Shown piece by piece: positions 1-10,232 of a stretch of DNA of 38,940 bases; the first letter of the stretch is position 1, and every line of letters begins with the position of its first letter. The stretch is from Patescibacteria group bacterium (GTDB taxonomy: Bacteria > Patescibacteriota > Minisyncoccia > Minisyncoccales > PEYH01), in the NCBI GenBank assembly GCA_034722415.1, contig JAYENY010000010.1:1-38940 (forward strand), read 5' to 3'. A program made the translations under genes and the position numbers. The notes under the pieces were generated by a model. It was not told where the DNA came from. It saw only the letters and a list, made by a program, of their open reading frames with translations, and did not search any database.

Positions 1-239
1 CAAAACCAAAAGAGAATTAATAGAAAGCTAAAAAAAAGAAGGGCGAAAAAAGAATTAGGCAAAGGAAGTGTTAAGGGTAGAAAAAAATTAAAAATTCTAA
101 AAAATAGTAATATTATTGCCTAGAATATGAATTTTTAGTTTTTTGAGCTATTGAAGGATTGACTATTTATTAAAGAATATCTAGCATTAAGGTATAAAAT
201 AATAAAGGTCGATGAATTTTTAATTGAAATATTAACATA

Positions 240-905
240 AAGAAAATAGGATTAGGAATTTTAGTTGTAATAATGCTTTTAAGTGTTGCTGGAGTTGATG
301 GTCTCGGAATTTATGGCGTAGCTCCGGAAGAAGGTTTATTTCCGCACAAGGTTTGTGACGATAGTGGCTCTTGTTGGTCAGATGATATTGCTATGGCTAT
401 AATGCATGCCTCAGATCAGGGGGCAAAAATTATTTCTATGAGTTTGGGTACAGACATTGAAAGCTCTTTGGTTAAAGATGTTATTGATTATGCAGCTAGC
501 AACAATGTTTTAGTGATAGCAGCTGCTGGTAGTGATGGCCCAGATACTGGTTCAATAGATTATCCAGGGGCAAATGTTGATGTTATTGCAGTAGAGCAAT
601 TGATGTAGCAGAAAATGTACCAGAATGGTCTTCTAGGGGAATAAATAATCAAGATTCTATATATAGAAGAGAAGCAGGTAGAATCAGGAGCCCCGGGAGT
701 TTTGATTCAATGAACATCGAATAATGGATGTTATTATCAGGTTTCTGGAACTAGTATGGCTACTCCTCGCGTTGCTGGCTTAGCAGCAAAACTTTGGCAA
801 GGTTCAGCTGATAGCACCAGAAGTTATTTAGAGAGCATAGCTAAAGATATTTGGTTAGAAGGGAACGATCTAGTAACAGGGTTTGGATTACCAATAGCTC
901 CATAA
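240..905 (+). pseudogene. Degraded subtilisin-like S8 serine peptidase
   Basis: ORF 273-608 has S8 motifs (GIYGVAP, IISMSLG, VIAAAGSDG, YPG). After a frameshift near 595 the sequence continues as VPEWSSRG...GAPGV and, past an in-frame TGA (711-713), GTSMATPRVAGLAA...GFGLPIAP* (stop 903-905). The catalytic Asp/His region is absent. Confidence 0.85.
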
Positions 906-1182
906 TCGGATTATTTATAGGATTTAAAATTTGAATAAAATTCTATAATTTTAGAAGATTTTTATTGTAAAAAAAGCTGCTTTAATAGGTTAAGAATTCA
1001 GTGAAGAAAATTTATATTTTGAAATATGCAGGAAAAATAGGCAAATAAATCCTATTTTTTATTTTGAGATATACTATTTTATCATAATCGTCGATATATA
1101 GGATTCCTATTTATTAATTTTGTAATTTTGTTATAATCAAAGCAATACGATAGGCTATAAATACAATAATTAAATAAATAAT

Positions 1183-2214
1183 ATGTTAAATAAAATTCCT
1201 CGTGATTTTTTATTACCCAGTGCGGCCTTCACAGTTGGTCGTGGTGCAGTGAAATTTTGGAAACCAATGGGCAAACGAAATCCTAAAATTGGTGATCTAG
1301 TTTTTGGTAAGGTTATTAAAGTAGGACAACATAAATCACTTGAACACAAGTCTGGAAGAATTCATTCTATTCATAGCGGAACAAAATTAGTTACTGTTTT
1401 TGGTAATCGTTACGCACCCGATTATTACGAAGGGATTATTCCTAAAGGAAAAGTAGAGGAAATTGATCTTTTAGCACGCTCTGGCGTTATTGGATTGGTA
1501 AGTAGTAAAAGCGCCAAAGTTATTGATCCAACACGTATTAAAATTTTCGGTTATGTTTGCAATAAAGAAGGTAAAATTATTAATTCCCGTTCTCGTTCTT
1601 TAATTACTCCTAAAAAAATAATTAAAAAATATCCTCGCGCTAAAATGATTTTAGTATGCGGAACATCAATGAATTCTGGTAAAAGTACCGCAGCTTTTGC
1701 AGTGTGTCGAACGCTTAAAATGTATGGGTATTCAATAAGAGCAACGAAAGCAACTGGCACAGCAAGCTTAAAAGACATTTTAGGAATGAATGATGCGGGT
1801 GCTAAATTTTTTGCTGATTTTTCCTTTTTTGGTTTTCCGTCTACATATCTACTCCCTAAAAAAGATTTACTTTATATTTTTAATAATCTCGACTTAAAAT
1901 ATGCCAATAATCCAAAAAACTATTGGGTGGTTGAATTTGCTGACGGGATAAATCAACGCGAAACAGTTATCTTGCTTGAGAGCAAGGATGTTAGAGAAAG
2001 AATTCATAAATTTATTTTCTGCGCATCTGATGCGTTCAGTGCAATAGGCGGTTTAAAAATGTTAAAAGAACGTTTTAATCTTAAACCAGACGCCATTTCT
2101 GGGATATGCTCAAGTTCTCCTCTACATATTAGAGAGATAGAAGAGTCAATAGATATCCCAATATTCAATAGTGCTAATCCTAAAATAAATAGCTTAATAA
2201 AGTTGTTGGAGTAA
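1183..2214 (+). CDS. DUF1611-family P-loop protein
   Basis: 343-aa ORF with FGNRYAPDYYEG motif and Walker A-like GTSMNSGKST, typical of the DUF1611 family. Confidence 0.7.
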   Translation: MLNKIPRDFLLPSAAFTVGRGAVKFWKPMGKRNPKIGDLVFGKVIKVGQHKSLEHKSGRIHSIHSGTKLVTVFGNRYAPDYYEGIIPKGKVEEIDLLARSGVIGLVSSKSAKVIDPTRIKIFGYVCNKEGKIINSRSRSLITPKKIIKKYPRAKMILVCGTSMNSGKSTAAFAVCRTLKMYGYSIRATKATGTASLKDILGMNDAGAKFFADFSFFGFPSTYLLPKKDLLYIFNNLDLKYANNPKNYWVVEFADGINQRETVILLESKDVRERIHKFIFCASDAFSAIGGLKMLKERFNLKPDAISGICSSSPLHIREIEESIDIPIFNSANPKINSLIKLLE

Positions 2215-2233
2215 AATAGATAATTAAAAAAAT

Positions 2234-2800
2234 ATGAGAAAAGTAATTTTTATTTTATTTATATTATCTTTTATTCCTTTGGTTGTTTTGGCTTGGGACG
2301 ACTGTCCTCATAATCAAATAGATTGCCCTGCTCCAGGTGATTGTAATCGATATGTCGATATTGATAACGATGAGATATGTGATTATTCCCAGCTTGCCCC
2401 AGAAGATAGAAGCGTTGTCGTAATTCAAACAGATCAAGGAGAAATATCCAGCTCAATAAAAGACAAGAAAATACAGCCCGAAAGAGTTTATCATTTCGTA
2501 CCCATTTCATTATTTTTGGTTGTCCTATATGTAACTACACATATTTTATCGAGTAGAAAGGTGATAAGTATTATGAGTCATAGAAAAATCTGGAATATAC
2601 TATTACTAGGGACCTTTCTCTTTTCTGGAATTTTGGGCATTTTATTGGTAATAAAGATTAATTTTGGCTTAATGATTTTGTCGAAATTTAATGCTTTATT
2701 TTGGCATGTTGAAACAGGAATAGCTATGTTTGCCATTTCAATATTTCATATTTTATGGCACTGGGCTTATTTCAAAAATATGCTCAGGATCAGAAAATAA
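2234..2800 (+). CDS. Membrane protein: signal peptide, Cys-rich N-terminal domain, DUF4405-like C-terminal TM region
   Basis: Hydrophobic N-terminus, WDDCP...C...C...DIDNDEICD, three TM helices with WHVETG and HILWHW histidines. Confidence 0.6.
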   Translation: MRKVIFILFILSFIPLVVLAWDDCPHNQIDCPAPGDCNRYVDIDNDEICDYSQLAPEDRSVVVIQTDQGEISSSIKDKKIQPERVYHFVPISLFLVVLYVTTHILSSRKVISIMSHRKIWNILLLGTFLFSGILGILLVIKINFGLMILSKFNALFWHVETGIAMFAISIFHILWHWAYFKNMLRIRK

Positions 2801-2817
2801 ATAAAGATTTTAAAAAT

Positions 2818-4608
2818 TTATCTATTTCTATTTGCTTTAACTCTATCGTTCTCTGTTAAAAATTCTTTTCTTAAACGAATATTATTCGGAGTAATCTCTA
2901 AATATTCATCTTGATTCATTATGCTCATGCCTCTTTCGAGGGTTAATTCAGTTGGAGGCGTTAAGGTTATTGCTTCATCAGACCCTGAAGCACGCATATT
3001 GCTTAATTCTTTTCCCTTTGTTGGGTTTACAGCTAAGTCATGTCCTTTTGCTGTATTCCCTATAACCATTCCTTCGTATACTTCTGTGCTAGCTCCTATA
3101 TATAGAGTTCCTCTATTTTGAAGATTGAAAAGTGAAAACCCAAGAGTTTTTCCAGTAGCCATGGATACCATTGATCCTATATTATTTTTTTTAATCTCGC
3201 CGACATAAGGATTGAATCCTATAACTCGAGTATAGATAATTCCTTCGCCCTTAGTGTCAACAACGAATTCGTTTCGATATCCAAGCAATCCTCGGGTTGG
3301 AATTTCAAAAATGATCTTTACGTTGTTACGCTTGGGGGTCATCTCGATCATCTTCCCACGCCGACTAGAAAGTTTTTTAATGATAGTTCCAGACATTTCT
3401 TGGGGAACATTGATTGTAATTTCTTCAAAGGGTTCTAATTTGGTATTGTTTTTTTCTTTTATAATCACGTGTGGTTGAGATATTTGCATTTCATAGCCTT
3501 GACGTCTCATATTCTCAAGAAGTATTGCGATATGCATTTCACCTCTTCCATAAATTTTGTAATAATCAGTCGAAGAAAAATCAATTTTTAAACCCACATT
3601 AACTTCTAGTTCTTTTTTTAATCTTTCTTTAAGCTGGCTATTAGTTAGATACTTTCCATCTTTTCCAGCAAAAGGTGAATTATTGATAAATAGATTTAAG
3701 GAAATTGTTGGTTCATCAATAGTTATAGCTGGGAGAGCCTTTTGCTTTATATCCTCACAAATAGTTTCTCCAATAAATATATTAGGAAGACCAGCGATCA
3801 TTACAATGTCGCCAGCATTAGCCTTCTCTATTTCTTTTCTTTTTAATCCTTCAAACGTAAATAATTTTGTGATTTTACCTTTACGAGTCTTTCCTTCCGT
3901 GTCTTTGATCATTACATTAGAATTGTTTTGTATCTCTCCTTCGTAGATTCTTCCAATGGCAAGTCGCCCGAGAAAATTATCATAAGCCAGATTAAATGGT
4001 TGCATGAGTAAGGGCTTGTCCTTTGCTTTTTCCTTAGAAGAAACAGGAACCTCTTTCAAAATTAGATCTAAAAGAGGAGTTAGATTTTTAGAATTATCAT
4101 TTAATCCTGTTTTGGCAATTCCTTCTCGTGCGATTGCATAAAGTGTAGTAAAGTTAAGCTGATCATCACTAGCCTCTAAGTCTAGGAATAGTTCGTAAAC
4201 CATTTCTTGTACAATATCAGGTCGCGCAGCTGGCTTATCTATCTTGTTCAATACCACTATTGGTTTTAGTCCTAATTCAAGTGATTTTTTTAAAACAAAT
4301 TTTGTTTGAGGCATTGGCCCTTCTTGAGCATCAACAACTAAAATAACAGAATCTATAGAACGCAAAACACGCTCGACTTCTGAACCAAAGTCGGCGTGAC
4401 CAGGGGTATCCACAATATTTATCTTTGTATCCTTGTAATAAACAGAGGTATTTTTTGAATAAATCGTTATTCCTCTTTCTTTTTCAAGGGCATCGCTATC
4501 CATACTGTCTCCAGCTTCTGACATCCCGGTTTGTTGCATTAACGCATCAGTAAGGGCTGTTTTGCCATGGTCAACATGGGCGATGATTGCAATATTTCTT
4601 ATTTCCAT
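2818..4608 (-). CDS. typA: Translational GTPase TypA/BipA
   Basis: RNIAIIAHVDHGKT, EKERGITI, DTPGHADFGSEVER, GRGEMHIAILLENMRR, YEGMVIG, LEITPNNIRLRK. Confidence 0.97.
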   Translation of the reverse strand: MEIRNIAIIAHVDHGKTALTDALMQQTGMSEAGDSMDSDALEKERGITIYSKNTSVYYKDTKINIVDTPGHADFGSEVERVLRSIDSVILVVDAQEGPMPQTKFVLKKSLELGLKPIVVLNKIDKPAARPDIVQEMVYELFLDLEASDDQLNFTTLYAIAREGIAKTGLNDNSKNLTPLLDLILKEVPVSSKEKAKDKPLLMQPFNLAYDNFLGRLAIGRIYEGEIQNNSNVMIKDTEGKTRKGKITKLFTFEGLKRKEIEKANAGDIVMIAGLPNIFIGETICEDIKQKALPAITIDEPTISLNLFINNSPFAGKDGKYLTNSQLKERLKKELEVNVGLKIDFSSTDYYKIYGRGEMHIAILLENMRRQGYEMQISQPHVIIKEKNNTKLEPFEEITINVPQEMSGTIIKKLSSRRGKMIEMTPKRNNVKIIFEIPTRGLLGYRNEFVVDTKGEGIIYTRVIGFNPYVGEIKKNNIGSMVSMATGKTLGFSLFNLQNRGTLYIGASTEVYEGMVIGNTAKGHDLAVNPTKGKELSNMRASGSDEAITLTPPTELTLERGMSIMNQDEYLEITPNNIRLRKEFLTENDRVKANRNR

Positions 4609-4764
4609 AAAAATTAAAACCGCCTTTCATAAAGCGGTAAAATAGCTTTAAATTAGGTAAGTTTCTTTATGTATTTATACTACAGAACTTTTAGAGAGTC
4701 AATTTTTTATTTTTAGTTGTTAAAACTATGAATTTTAGATAGAATTATATAATTAATAATTTTT

Positions 4765-4980
4765 ATGAATGATCTTATATTCTTTAAGAGTTTTCCTTCA
4801 ATAATAGAGGCTGAATTATTTAAAAACATTTTAAAATCTGAAAATATTGGCAGTATAATTAAAGATAGCGGGCTTAAGTTTTCTGGAGATTTAGGAGATG
4901 TTTATGGAGCAAATCTATTTGTCTGGGAAAAAGATCTTAAAAAAACAAAAGAAATTTTAAAACGAGAAAAAATTGAATAA
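4765..4980 (+). CDS. DUF2007-like putative signal-transducing protein
   Basis: 71 aa; FPSIIEAELFKNILKSENIGS...LFVWEKDLKKTKEIL pattern. Confidence 0.6.
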   Translation: MNDLIFFKSFPSIIEAELFKNILKSENIGSIIKDSGLKFSGDLGDVYGANLFVWEKDLKKTKEILKREKIE

Positions 4981-4988
4981 ATATATTT

Positions 4989-5411
4989 ATGCATGAAATT
5001 GTTCACATAGCATTTGCGCTTTTTTTATTAAAGATTTTTCAAAATCCTTTAGTTGTGTTTCCTCTTGCTTTTATTAGTCATTTTTTATTAGATATTGTGC
5101 CCCACTATAAAAGCAAAAGATCTACTAGAAAAAGTTTCATTGTTGAAATATTAATTGATGTTTTTATTTCAATGGTTTTCGTTTTATTCTATTTTATTTA
5201 TGCTCAGAATTTGCCGAATCTCTTCATCTTGTTAATTACTTGTTTTTTCGCTGTGCTACCAGATTTTTTTCTTATTCTGAATTGGTTATACGGAATAGAA
5301 ATCTTAAAACCATTTTTACTTGATTTTCATAGGAAAATACAACACGAATATTCTTGGGGTTGGATAATAGAATTGGGAGTCTTAGCTTTCTTATTATTTT
5401 TTCTCTTTTAA
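4989..5411 (+). CDS. Membrane protein, putative metal-dependent hydrolase (YdjM-like)
   Basis: Multi-TM ORF with H..H at the N-terminus, SHFLLDIVPH, LPD and FH..IQH motifs. Confidence 0.55.
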   Translation: MHEIVHIAFALFLLKIFQNPLVVFPLAFISHFLLDIVPHYKSKRSTRKSFIVEILIDVFISMVFVLFYFIYAQNLPNLFILLITCFFAVLPDFFLILNWLYGIEILKPFLLDFHRKIQHEYSWGWIIELGVLAFLLFFLF

Positions 5412-5471
5412 ATTATAATTAAAAGACGATTTTAAAAATTAATTTTATCATTAAAATATTAAATAATTAAT

Positions 5472-5870
5472 ATGACAAAACAAAACGAAATTTATAAATG
5501 TGATGTATGCGGAAATATTGTAGAAGTATTACATATTGGCGCAGGAGAATTAGTTTGTTGTGGACAGCCTATGGGGTTAGCTATAGAAAAGACTGAAGAC
5601 GATGGACAGGAGAAACATGTTCCTGTGATAAGCGAACTAGAATCTAATGCTCAGGAAGGGAAGGGTGGCGTAATTGTTAAAGTTGGAGAGGTTGAACATC
5701 CTATGAGCGAAGATCATTTTATAGAATGGATAGAGATAATAGTAGAAGATAATAAAAGAGGTAAAAAGTTTCTTAAGCCCGGAGATAAGCCAGAAGTTGA
5801 ATTCTATACGAGCAAAAAAGTTATGGGAGTTAGGGCTTATTGTAATATCCACGGATTATGGGGTTGTTAG
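5472..5870 (+). CDS. dfx: Desulfoferrodoxin (2Fe superoxide reductase)
   Basis: YKCDVCGNIVEV...LVCCGQPM (centre I); EKHVP, HPM, HFIEWI, CNIHGLW (centre II). Confidence 0.95.
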   Translation: MTKQNEIYKCDVCGNIVEVLHIGAGELVCCGQPMGLAIEKTEDDGQEKHVPVISELESNAQEGKGGVIVKVGEVEHPMSEDHFIEWIEIIVEDNKRGKKFLKPGDKPEVEFYTSKKVMGVRAYCNIHGLWGC

Positions 5871-6001
5871 CAATAGAGAGCAAGGATATTTTTAATAGAT
5901 ATGCCCTTGATTTTTTTAACAATCTATATAAGCTTAAATAAGTAAGAAACTTATCTAGTTCTTTTCCAGAACTTTCCAAAAATCAAGGAGGAGGTATTCT
6001 G

Positions 6002-6598
6002 ATGGAAATACTCAGGCAGCTTGCTTGGCCACAGGGATTGGCCAATTATGTGACTCTTTTCCGCATTGCTTTGGCGGGCCCATTGGTTTATTTCATATTG
6101 CAAGATAATCTGATAGGGACCATTTTGGTTTTTTTGATTGCCGCAGTAACTGACGGTATCGATGGTTGGGTTGCTAGAAAAATGAATATTATCTCGGATT
6201 TGGGTAAAATTTTAGATCCTGTCGCAGACAAGATTCTTATTATTTCTACATTTACATCTAGGATAGTATTCTTGCATTTTTGGCTATCGTGGATATTTCT
6301 GCCAATTCTACTAGAGGAAATTGCACTGATCATATTGGGAACGGTTGGCTTCTGCTATCGAGAGAAAATCGGACAAAGATTAGGGTCGAATTGGTTTGGC
6401 AAATTTAAGTTTGTAAGTCACTGCTTTATTGCTTTTTTTCTCCTTGTTTTCCCCGCATCCCACTATCAAGGGCTGAGTATTGTTAATTTAACAATTATTA
6501 GCCTGGCAATAGTGGCGACTATCTTAGGAGGGCTTAGTATCACGGGGCACATTCGAGACCAGAAGGAATTCGTTCGCAAGGCCTTATTAAGAAGATAA
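6002..6598 (+). CDS. CDP-alcohol phosphatidyltransferase (PgsA-like)
   Basis: NYVTLFRI and TDGIDGWVARKMNIISDLGKILDPVADK signature; preceded by SD AAGGAGGAGG. Confidence 0.9.
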   Translation: MEILRQLAWPQGLANYVTLFRIALAGPLVYFILQDNLIGTILVFLIAAVTDGIDGWVARKMNIISDLGKILDPVADKILIISTFTSRIVFLHFWLSWIFLPILLEEIALIILGTVGFCYREKIGQRLGSNWFGKFKFVSHCFIAFFLLVFPASHYQGLSIVNLTIISLAIVATILGGLSITGHIRDQKEFVRKALLRR

Positions 6599-6741
6599 GA
6601 AGAAAAGCGAATAGTCCTGGTTAATCCAAAAAGATCAGGGCTATTTTTATTACAAAAGAGCATCGGATTCTTTGCGCTTCTAAAGATCGTCAAGTATATA
6701 ATTTTTTGGTAGAATAAAAAAAAGAGAAAAATTTAATAATT

Positions 6742-7350
6742 ATGAAAACTCAAGTTGTTATAATTCATGGCGGAGATACTTTTGAAACAAGAGAGCAGTA
6801 TTTATCCTTTTTGAAAAGTTATCAAATTGATTTTAGTCGCATTGCGAAAAGTGGATGGAAAAATTCTTTAGAGGAAAGATTAGGGGATAATTTTGAAGTA
6901 ATTTCTCCCAAAATGCCAAACAAAGAAAACGCTAGATATATAGAATGGAAAATATGGTTTGAAAAGTTTTTTCCACTTTTTAATGATGAGATAATTTTTA
7001 TTGGCCATTCTTTGGGAGGATTATTTCTTGTGAAATATTTATCTGAGAATAGTTTTCCTAAAAAAGTAAAAGGGATATTTTTAGTTGGCACTCCTTTTGA
7101 TTCAGCTGATTCAGAATATACGTTGGTTGATTTTTCTTTATCAAATGAGTTAAATAAATTGAAAGAATATAATATTTATTTTTATCAGAGCGAAGATGAT
7201 CCAGTTGTCCCAGCCGTTGATATGGAGAAATATAAGAAATTATTACCAATGGCAAACTTCATTTTATTTGAGGATAGGGGGCATTTCGGGCAAGAGGAAT
7301 TTCCAGAAATAGTCGAAACGATTAAGAGTTTAGCCCGAGGAAAAGAATAG
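6742..7350 (+). CDS. RBBP9/YdeN-family alpha/beta hydrolase
   Basis: IIHGG, GHSLGG nucleophile, SEDDPVVP, GHF. Confidence 0.88.
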   Translation: MKTQVVIIHGGDTFETREQYLSFLKSYQIDFSRIAKSGWKNSLEERLGDNFEVISPKMPNKENARYIEWKIWFEKFFPLFNDEIIFIGHSLGGLFLVKYLSENSFPKKVKGIFLVGTPFDSADSEYTLVDFSLSNELNKLKEYNIYFYQSEDDPVVPAVDMEKYKKLLPMANFILFEDRGHFGQEEFPEIVETIKSLARGKE

Positions 7351-7433
7351 GTATAAAGTTTTAAAAATAGTGTCAGATAATTTTTTATACAACACTATAT
7401 AAGAGAATTAATCTTAAAATTAACTTTAACTAT

Positions 7434-7727
7434 ATGAAATTTATTATAAATAATTCCGATGAAAATCTTTTGAGTCTAGTTAGAAAAATAGGGTATAGAG
7501 TGAATCCTAGTGATAGGGGAGGGTTTAATTGTATTAAATCGATAGGAAACATGGGATATCCCAGGTTTCATATTTTTATTAGCGAAGATAAAGATAAGTT
7601 TATTTTCAATTTACATTTAGATCAAAAAAAACCATCTTATTCTGGCAGCTCAGCCCATGCCGGAGAATATGATGGAGAGATAATTGAGAGAGAAGTTGAG
7701 AGGATAAAAAAAGTTTTAGAGAGTTAA
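7434..7727 (+). CDS. Hypothetical protein
   Basis: 97-aa ORF; YPRFH...LHLDQKKPSY...HAGEYDG; host-like AT-rich codon use. Confidence 0.7.
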   Translation: MKFIINNSDENLLSLVRKIGYRVNPSDRGGFNCIKSIGNMGYPRFHIFISEDKDKFIFNLHLDQKKPSYSGSSAHAGEYDGEIIEREVERIKKVLES

Positions 7728-7766
7728 AGAGTATTAGATTTAGAAAAGATTAATTAAATAAAATTA

Positions 7767-7791
7767 GCGGAGCAATTAGATCTTGCTCCGC
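7767..7791. terminator. Probable bidirectional intrinsic terminator
   Basis: GCGGAGCAA-TTAGATC-TTGCTCCGC inverted repeat between convergent genes. Confidence 0.65.
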
Positions 7792-7803
7792 CAATGTCTT
7801 CTC

Positions 7804-8280
7804 CTACGGGAAGAAATCTTCGTCTGGATGTTCTTTCATCCATTTTTGACGATAAGATTGGGTCGCTTCTTGGAATGTGCCGGCGATCCACATGGAAACG
7901 AGTTGATCGAACCATGGATCAAGACCACTAACCGCAGCCACAGCCCCATTGTATACGAAAGAACCAAAATAGGGAGTGTCTCCTGTTTGCAGGAGCACGG
8001 GCGCAGACGTTTGTACGAAAATGTTGGGCATTCCAGAAATCCAGGCTTGCTTTGCCTTGGAAAGCGCAATTTCTCGATACTCATGTCTTCCGTCGTTTCC
8101 ACCAATGAATCCTTCGTGCAGGATTGCTTTTCTTACATCCCCATTCACCATCCATGGGAAAACCCGCGGGTTGAGGACAATGAAGTGGAATCCTGGTCTT
8201 CCAGTATGCCTCAACAATCTTTCGATCGATGGAGTTAGAATCTCCATAGCTTCTCTAACATGCCATCTTGGTTTTAGCAT
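7804..8280 (-). CDS. Hypothetical protein, GlcG/HbpS (DUF336)-like
   Basis: 158 aa; IALSKAKQAW and YFGSFVYNGAVAAVSGLDPWFD resemble the GlcG-like pattern; SD AAGGAGG a few nt upstream of ATG on the minus strand. Confidence 0.55.
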   Translation of the reverse strand: MLKPRWHVREAMEILTPSIERLLRHTGRPGFHFIVLNPRVFPWMVNGDVRKAILHEGFIGGNDGRHEYREIALSKAKQAWISGMPNIFVQTSAPVLLQTGDTPYFGSFVYNGAVAAVSGLDPWFDQLVSMWIAGTFQEATQSYRQKWMKEHPDEDFFP

Positions 8281-8451
8281 TTCAATCCTCCTTGAAAGCT
8301 TTTAATGAAGATTATAGCTTAATATTAATAAATAGTCAAATCAGTATCGCTATTTAGACAATTTTTTGATAAAATATATTTGTATTTAAAATATTTCCAA
8401 ACAATATTTATATGAGGTCGAATAATAATATAAATAAAAATAGATAAAAAT

Positions 8452-8670
8452 ATGGAAGAAATTTTGGTCGAACAATTTTTAATCGAAAACCAATGGATAA
8501 TTCTTTTAGTTCTTTTATGGGTATTGCCATAGAAAGGTGTAGCTTTGTGGAAAGCAGTAAAGAATGATCATAAGTCATGGTTTATCGTATGTTTAATCTT
8601 AAATACCTTCGCTATATTAGAAATTCTTTACATTTTTTATTTCTCTCGCAAAAAGAAAAAGATATCTTAG
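8452..8670 (+). pseudogene. DUF5652-like small membrane protein with in-frame TAG
   Basis: MEEILVEQFLIENQWIILLVLLWVLP*KGVALWKAVKNDHKSWFIVCLILNTFAILEILYIFYFSRKKKKIS; TAG at 8530-8532 where the family has Trp (WKG.ALW). Confidence 0.75.
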
Positions 8671-8869
8671 GCAAAAAATATTTTTTACGGGATAAATTTA
8701 AAAATTATTTTATTGATATCAAATATCAAAACCGCTTTTAGGCGGTTTTTTGAGTATAGTACAAAGTCGATTTTTTTGGTAATGCATATAGTTGATGTTA
8801 TGATGTATTTGCTAATGATGAAGAATAATACTAGTGTTAAAATAATAATTATTAAACAAATAAATACAT

Positions 8870-9127
8870 ATGTTTGGAAAAATGCAACAACTAAGAGAAA
8901 TGAAACAATTAAGTGATTCTCTCGCTACGGAATCAGCCGGAGCGGAGAAGCAGGGAGTGAAGGTAGTTGTTAATGGGAAAATGCAAATAGAAAGCATAGA
9001 ACTTAATTCAGAACTAACAAAAGAAGAGCAAGAAACCGTGCTAAAAAATTGTATTAATGAAGCAATGACAAATATGCAAAAGGTTATAGCTGGTAAAATG
9101 TCGCAAATGACAGGATTAATGGGCTAG
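8870..9127 (+). CDS. YbaB/EbfC nucleoid-associated protein
   Basis: 85 aa; KMQQL...GVKVVVNGKMQIESIEL...INEA. Confidence 0.8.
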   Translation: MFGKMQQLREMKQLSDSLATESAGAEKQGVKVVVNGKMQIESIELNSELTKEEQETVLKNCINEAMTNMQKVIAGKMSQMTGLMG

Positions 9128-9156
9128 AGGAGTGACTCATATTTAACAATAATAAT

Positions 9157-10230
9157 ATGTCATTACATGTTGGAATTGTTGGATTGCCTAATGTGGGCAA
9201 ATCAACATTATTTCAAGCAATAACTAAAAAAGAAGTTGATTGCGCTAATTATCCTTTTTGTACAATAGATCCAAATATTGGTGTCGTTGCCGTACCTGAT
9301 GAAAGGATAGATAAATTAGCTAAATTGACTTCGTCAGCAAAGAAAATCTATACAACAGTAGAATTTGTTGATATTGCTGGACTAGTGAAAGGGGCAAGCA
9401 AGGGAGAAGGATTGGGGAATAAATTTTTAGCGAACATTAGAGAAGTTGATGCAGTTCTCTATATCCTGCGTTGTTTTGAGAATAAGAATATTATTAATAC
9501 CCAGTCAACCATAGATGTTTTTGGAGATAAAGAGATTTTAGATACAGAAATGATTTTAAAGGATTTGGAAACAATAGAGAAAAGAATTGATGGATTAGAA
9601 AAAGAACTTAAATCAAAAACAAAAGAAAAAAATGTTGAGAAAGAATTCGAAACATTAAAAAAGGCTCAAGATTTTTTACAAAAAGGAGAATTATTATCTG
9701 ATATAAAATGGGATGAGGATCAGAAGAAGATACTGAATAGTTATCAATTATTAACAATAAAACCAAAACTATTTTTACTGAACGGATCAGACGGCGAGAT
9801 TCCAGAGAGCGTTATAGAAGGTTTTAAGAAAAAGAGTTGGCCATATCTAATTATTGATATTCTTACCGAATTTGAAGCATCTGAATTTGATGCAGAGCAA
9901 AGGGTTTCTTTCGGCCTATCTAAAAAATCGCAAGTAGAAACTTTAATAAAGCAATGCTATGAGTTATTGAATTTAATTACCTTTTTTACCACTGGCCTAG
10001 ATGAAACTCGTGGCTGGACATTAAAAAAAGGGGAAAAAGCTCCGCAAGCAGGAGGAGTAATTCATACTGATTTTGAAACTCATTTTATAAAAGCAGAAAT
10101 CATTAATTGGCAAAAATTGATTGATTCAGATAGTTTTATCAAAGCAAGAGAAAATGGGTTAATTCGTACAGAAGGGAAAGATTATATTATTCAAGATGGA
10201 GACGTTATAGAAATAAAAGCTGACGCTTAA
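9157..10230 (+). CDS. ychF: Redox-regulated ATPase YchF
   Basis: GIVGLPNVGKSTLF, NYPFCTIDPN, DIAGLVKGASKGEGLGNKFLANIRE, APQAGGVIHTDF, EGKDYIIQDGD. Confidence 0.97.
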   Translation: MSLHVGIVGLPNVGKSTLFQAITKKEVDCANYPFCTIDPNIGVVAVPDERIDKLAKLTSSAKKIYTTVEFVDIAGLVKGASKGEGLGNKFLANIREVDAVLYILRCFENKNIINTQSTIDVFGDKEILDTEMILKDLETIEKRIDGLEKELKSKTKEKNVEKEFETLKKAQDFLQKGELLSDIKWDEDQKKILNSYQLLTIKPKLFLLNGSDGEIPESVIEGFKKKSWPYLIIDILTEFEASEFDAEQRVSFGLSKKSQVETLIKQCYELLNLITFFTTGLDETRGWTLKKGEKAPQAGGVIHTDFETHFIKAEIINWQKLIDSDSFIKARENGLIRTEGKDYIIQDGDVIEIKADA

Positions 10231-10232
10231 AT

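Noticed and set aside
7783-8305. Plus-strand ORFs 7783-8238 and 7976-8305
   Set aside because: Antisense shadows of the SD-led minus-strand gene 7804-8280
8530-8532. Amber readthrough (pyrrolysine or recoding)
   Set aside because: TAG is a normal stop for dfx, xseB and atpE; no supporting machinery seen
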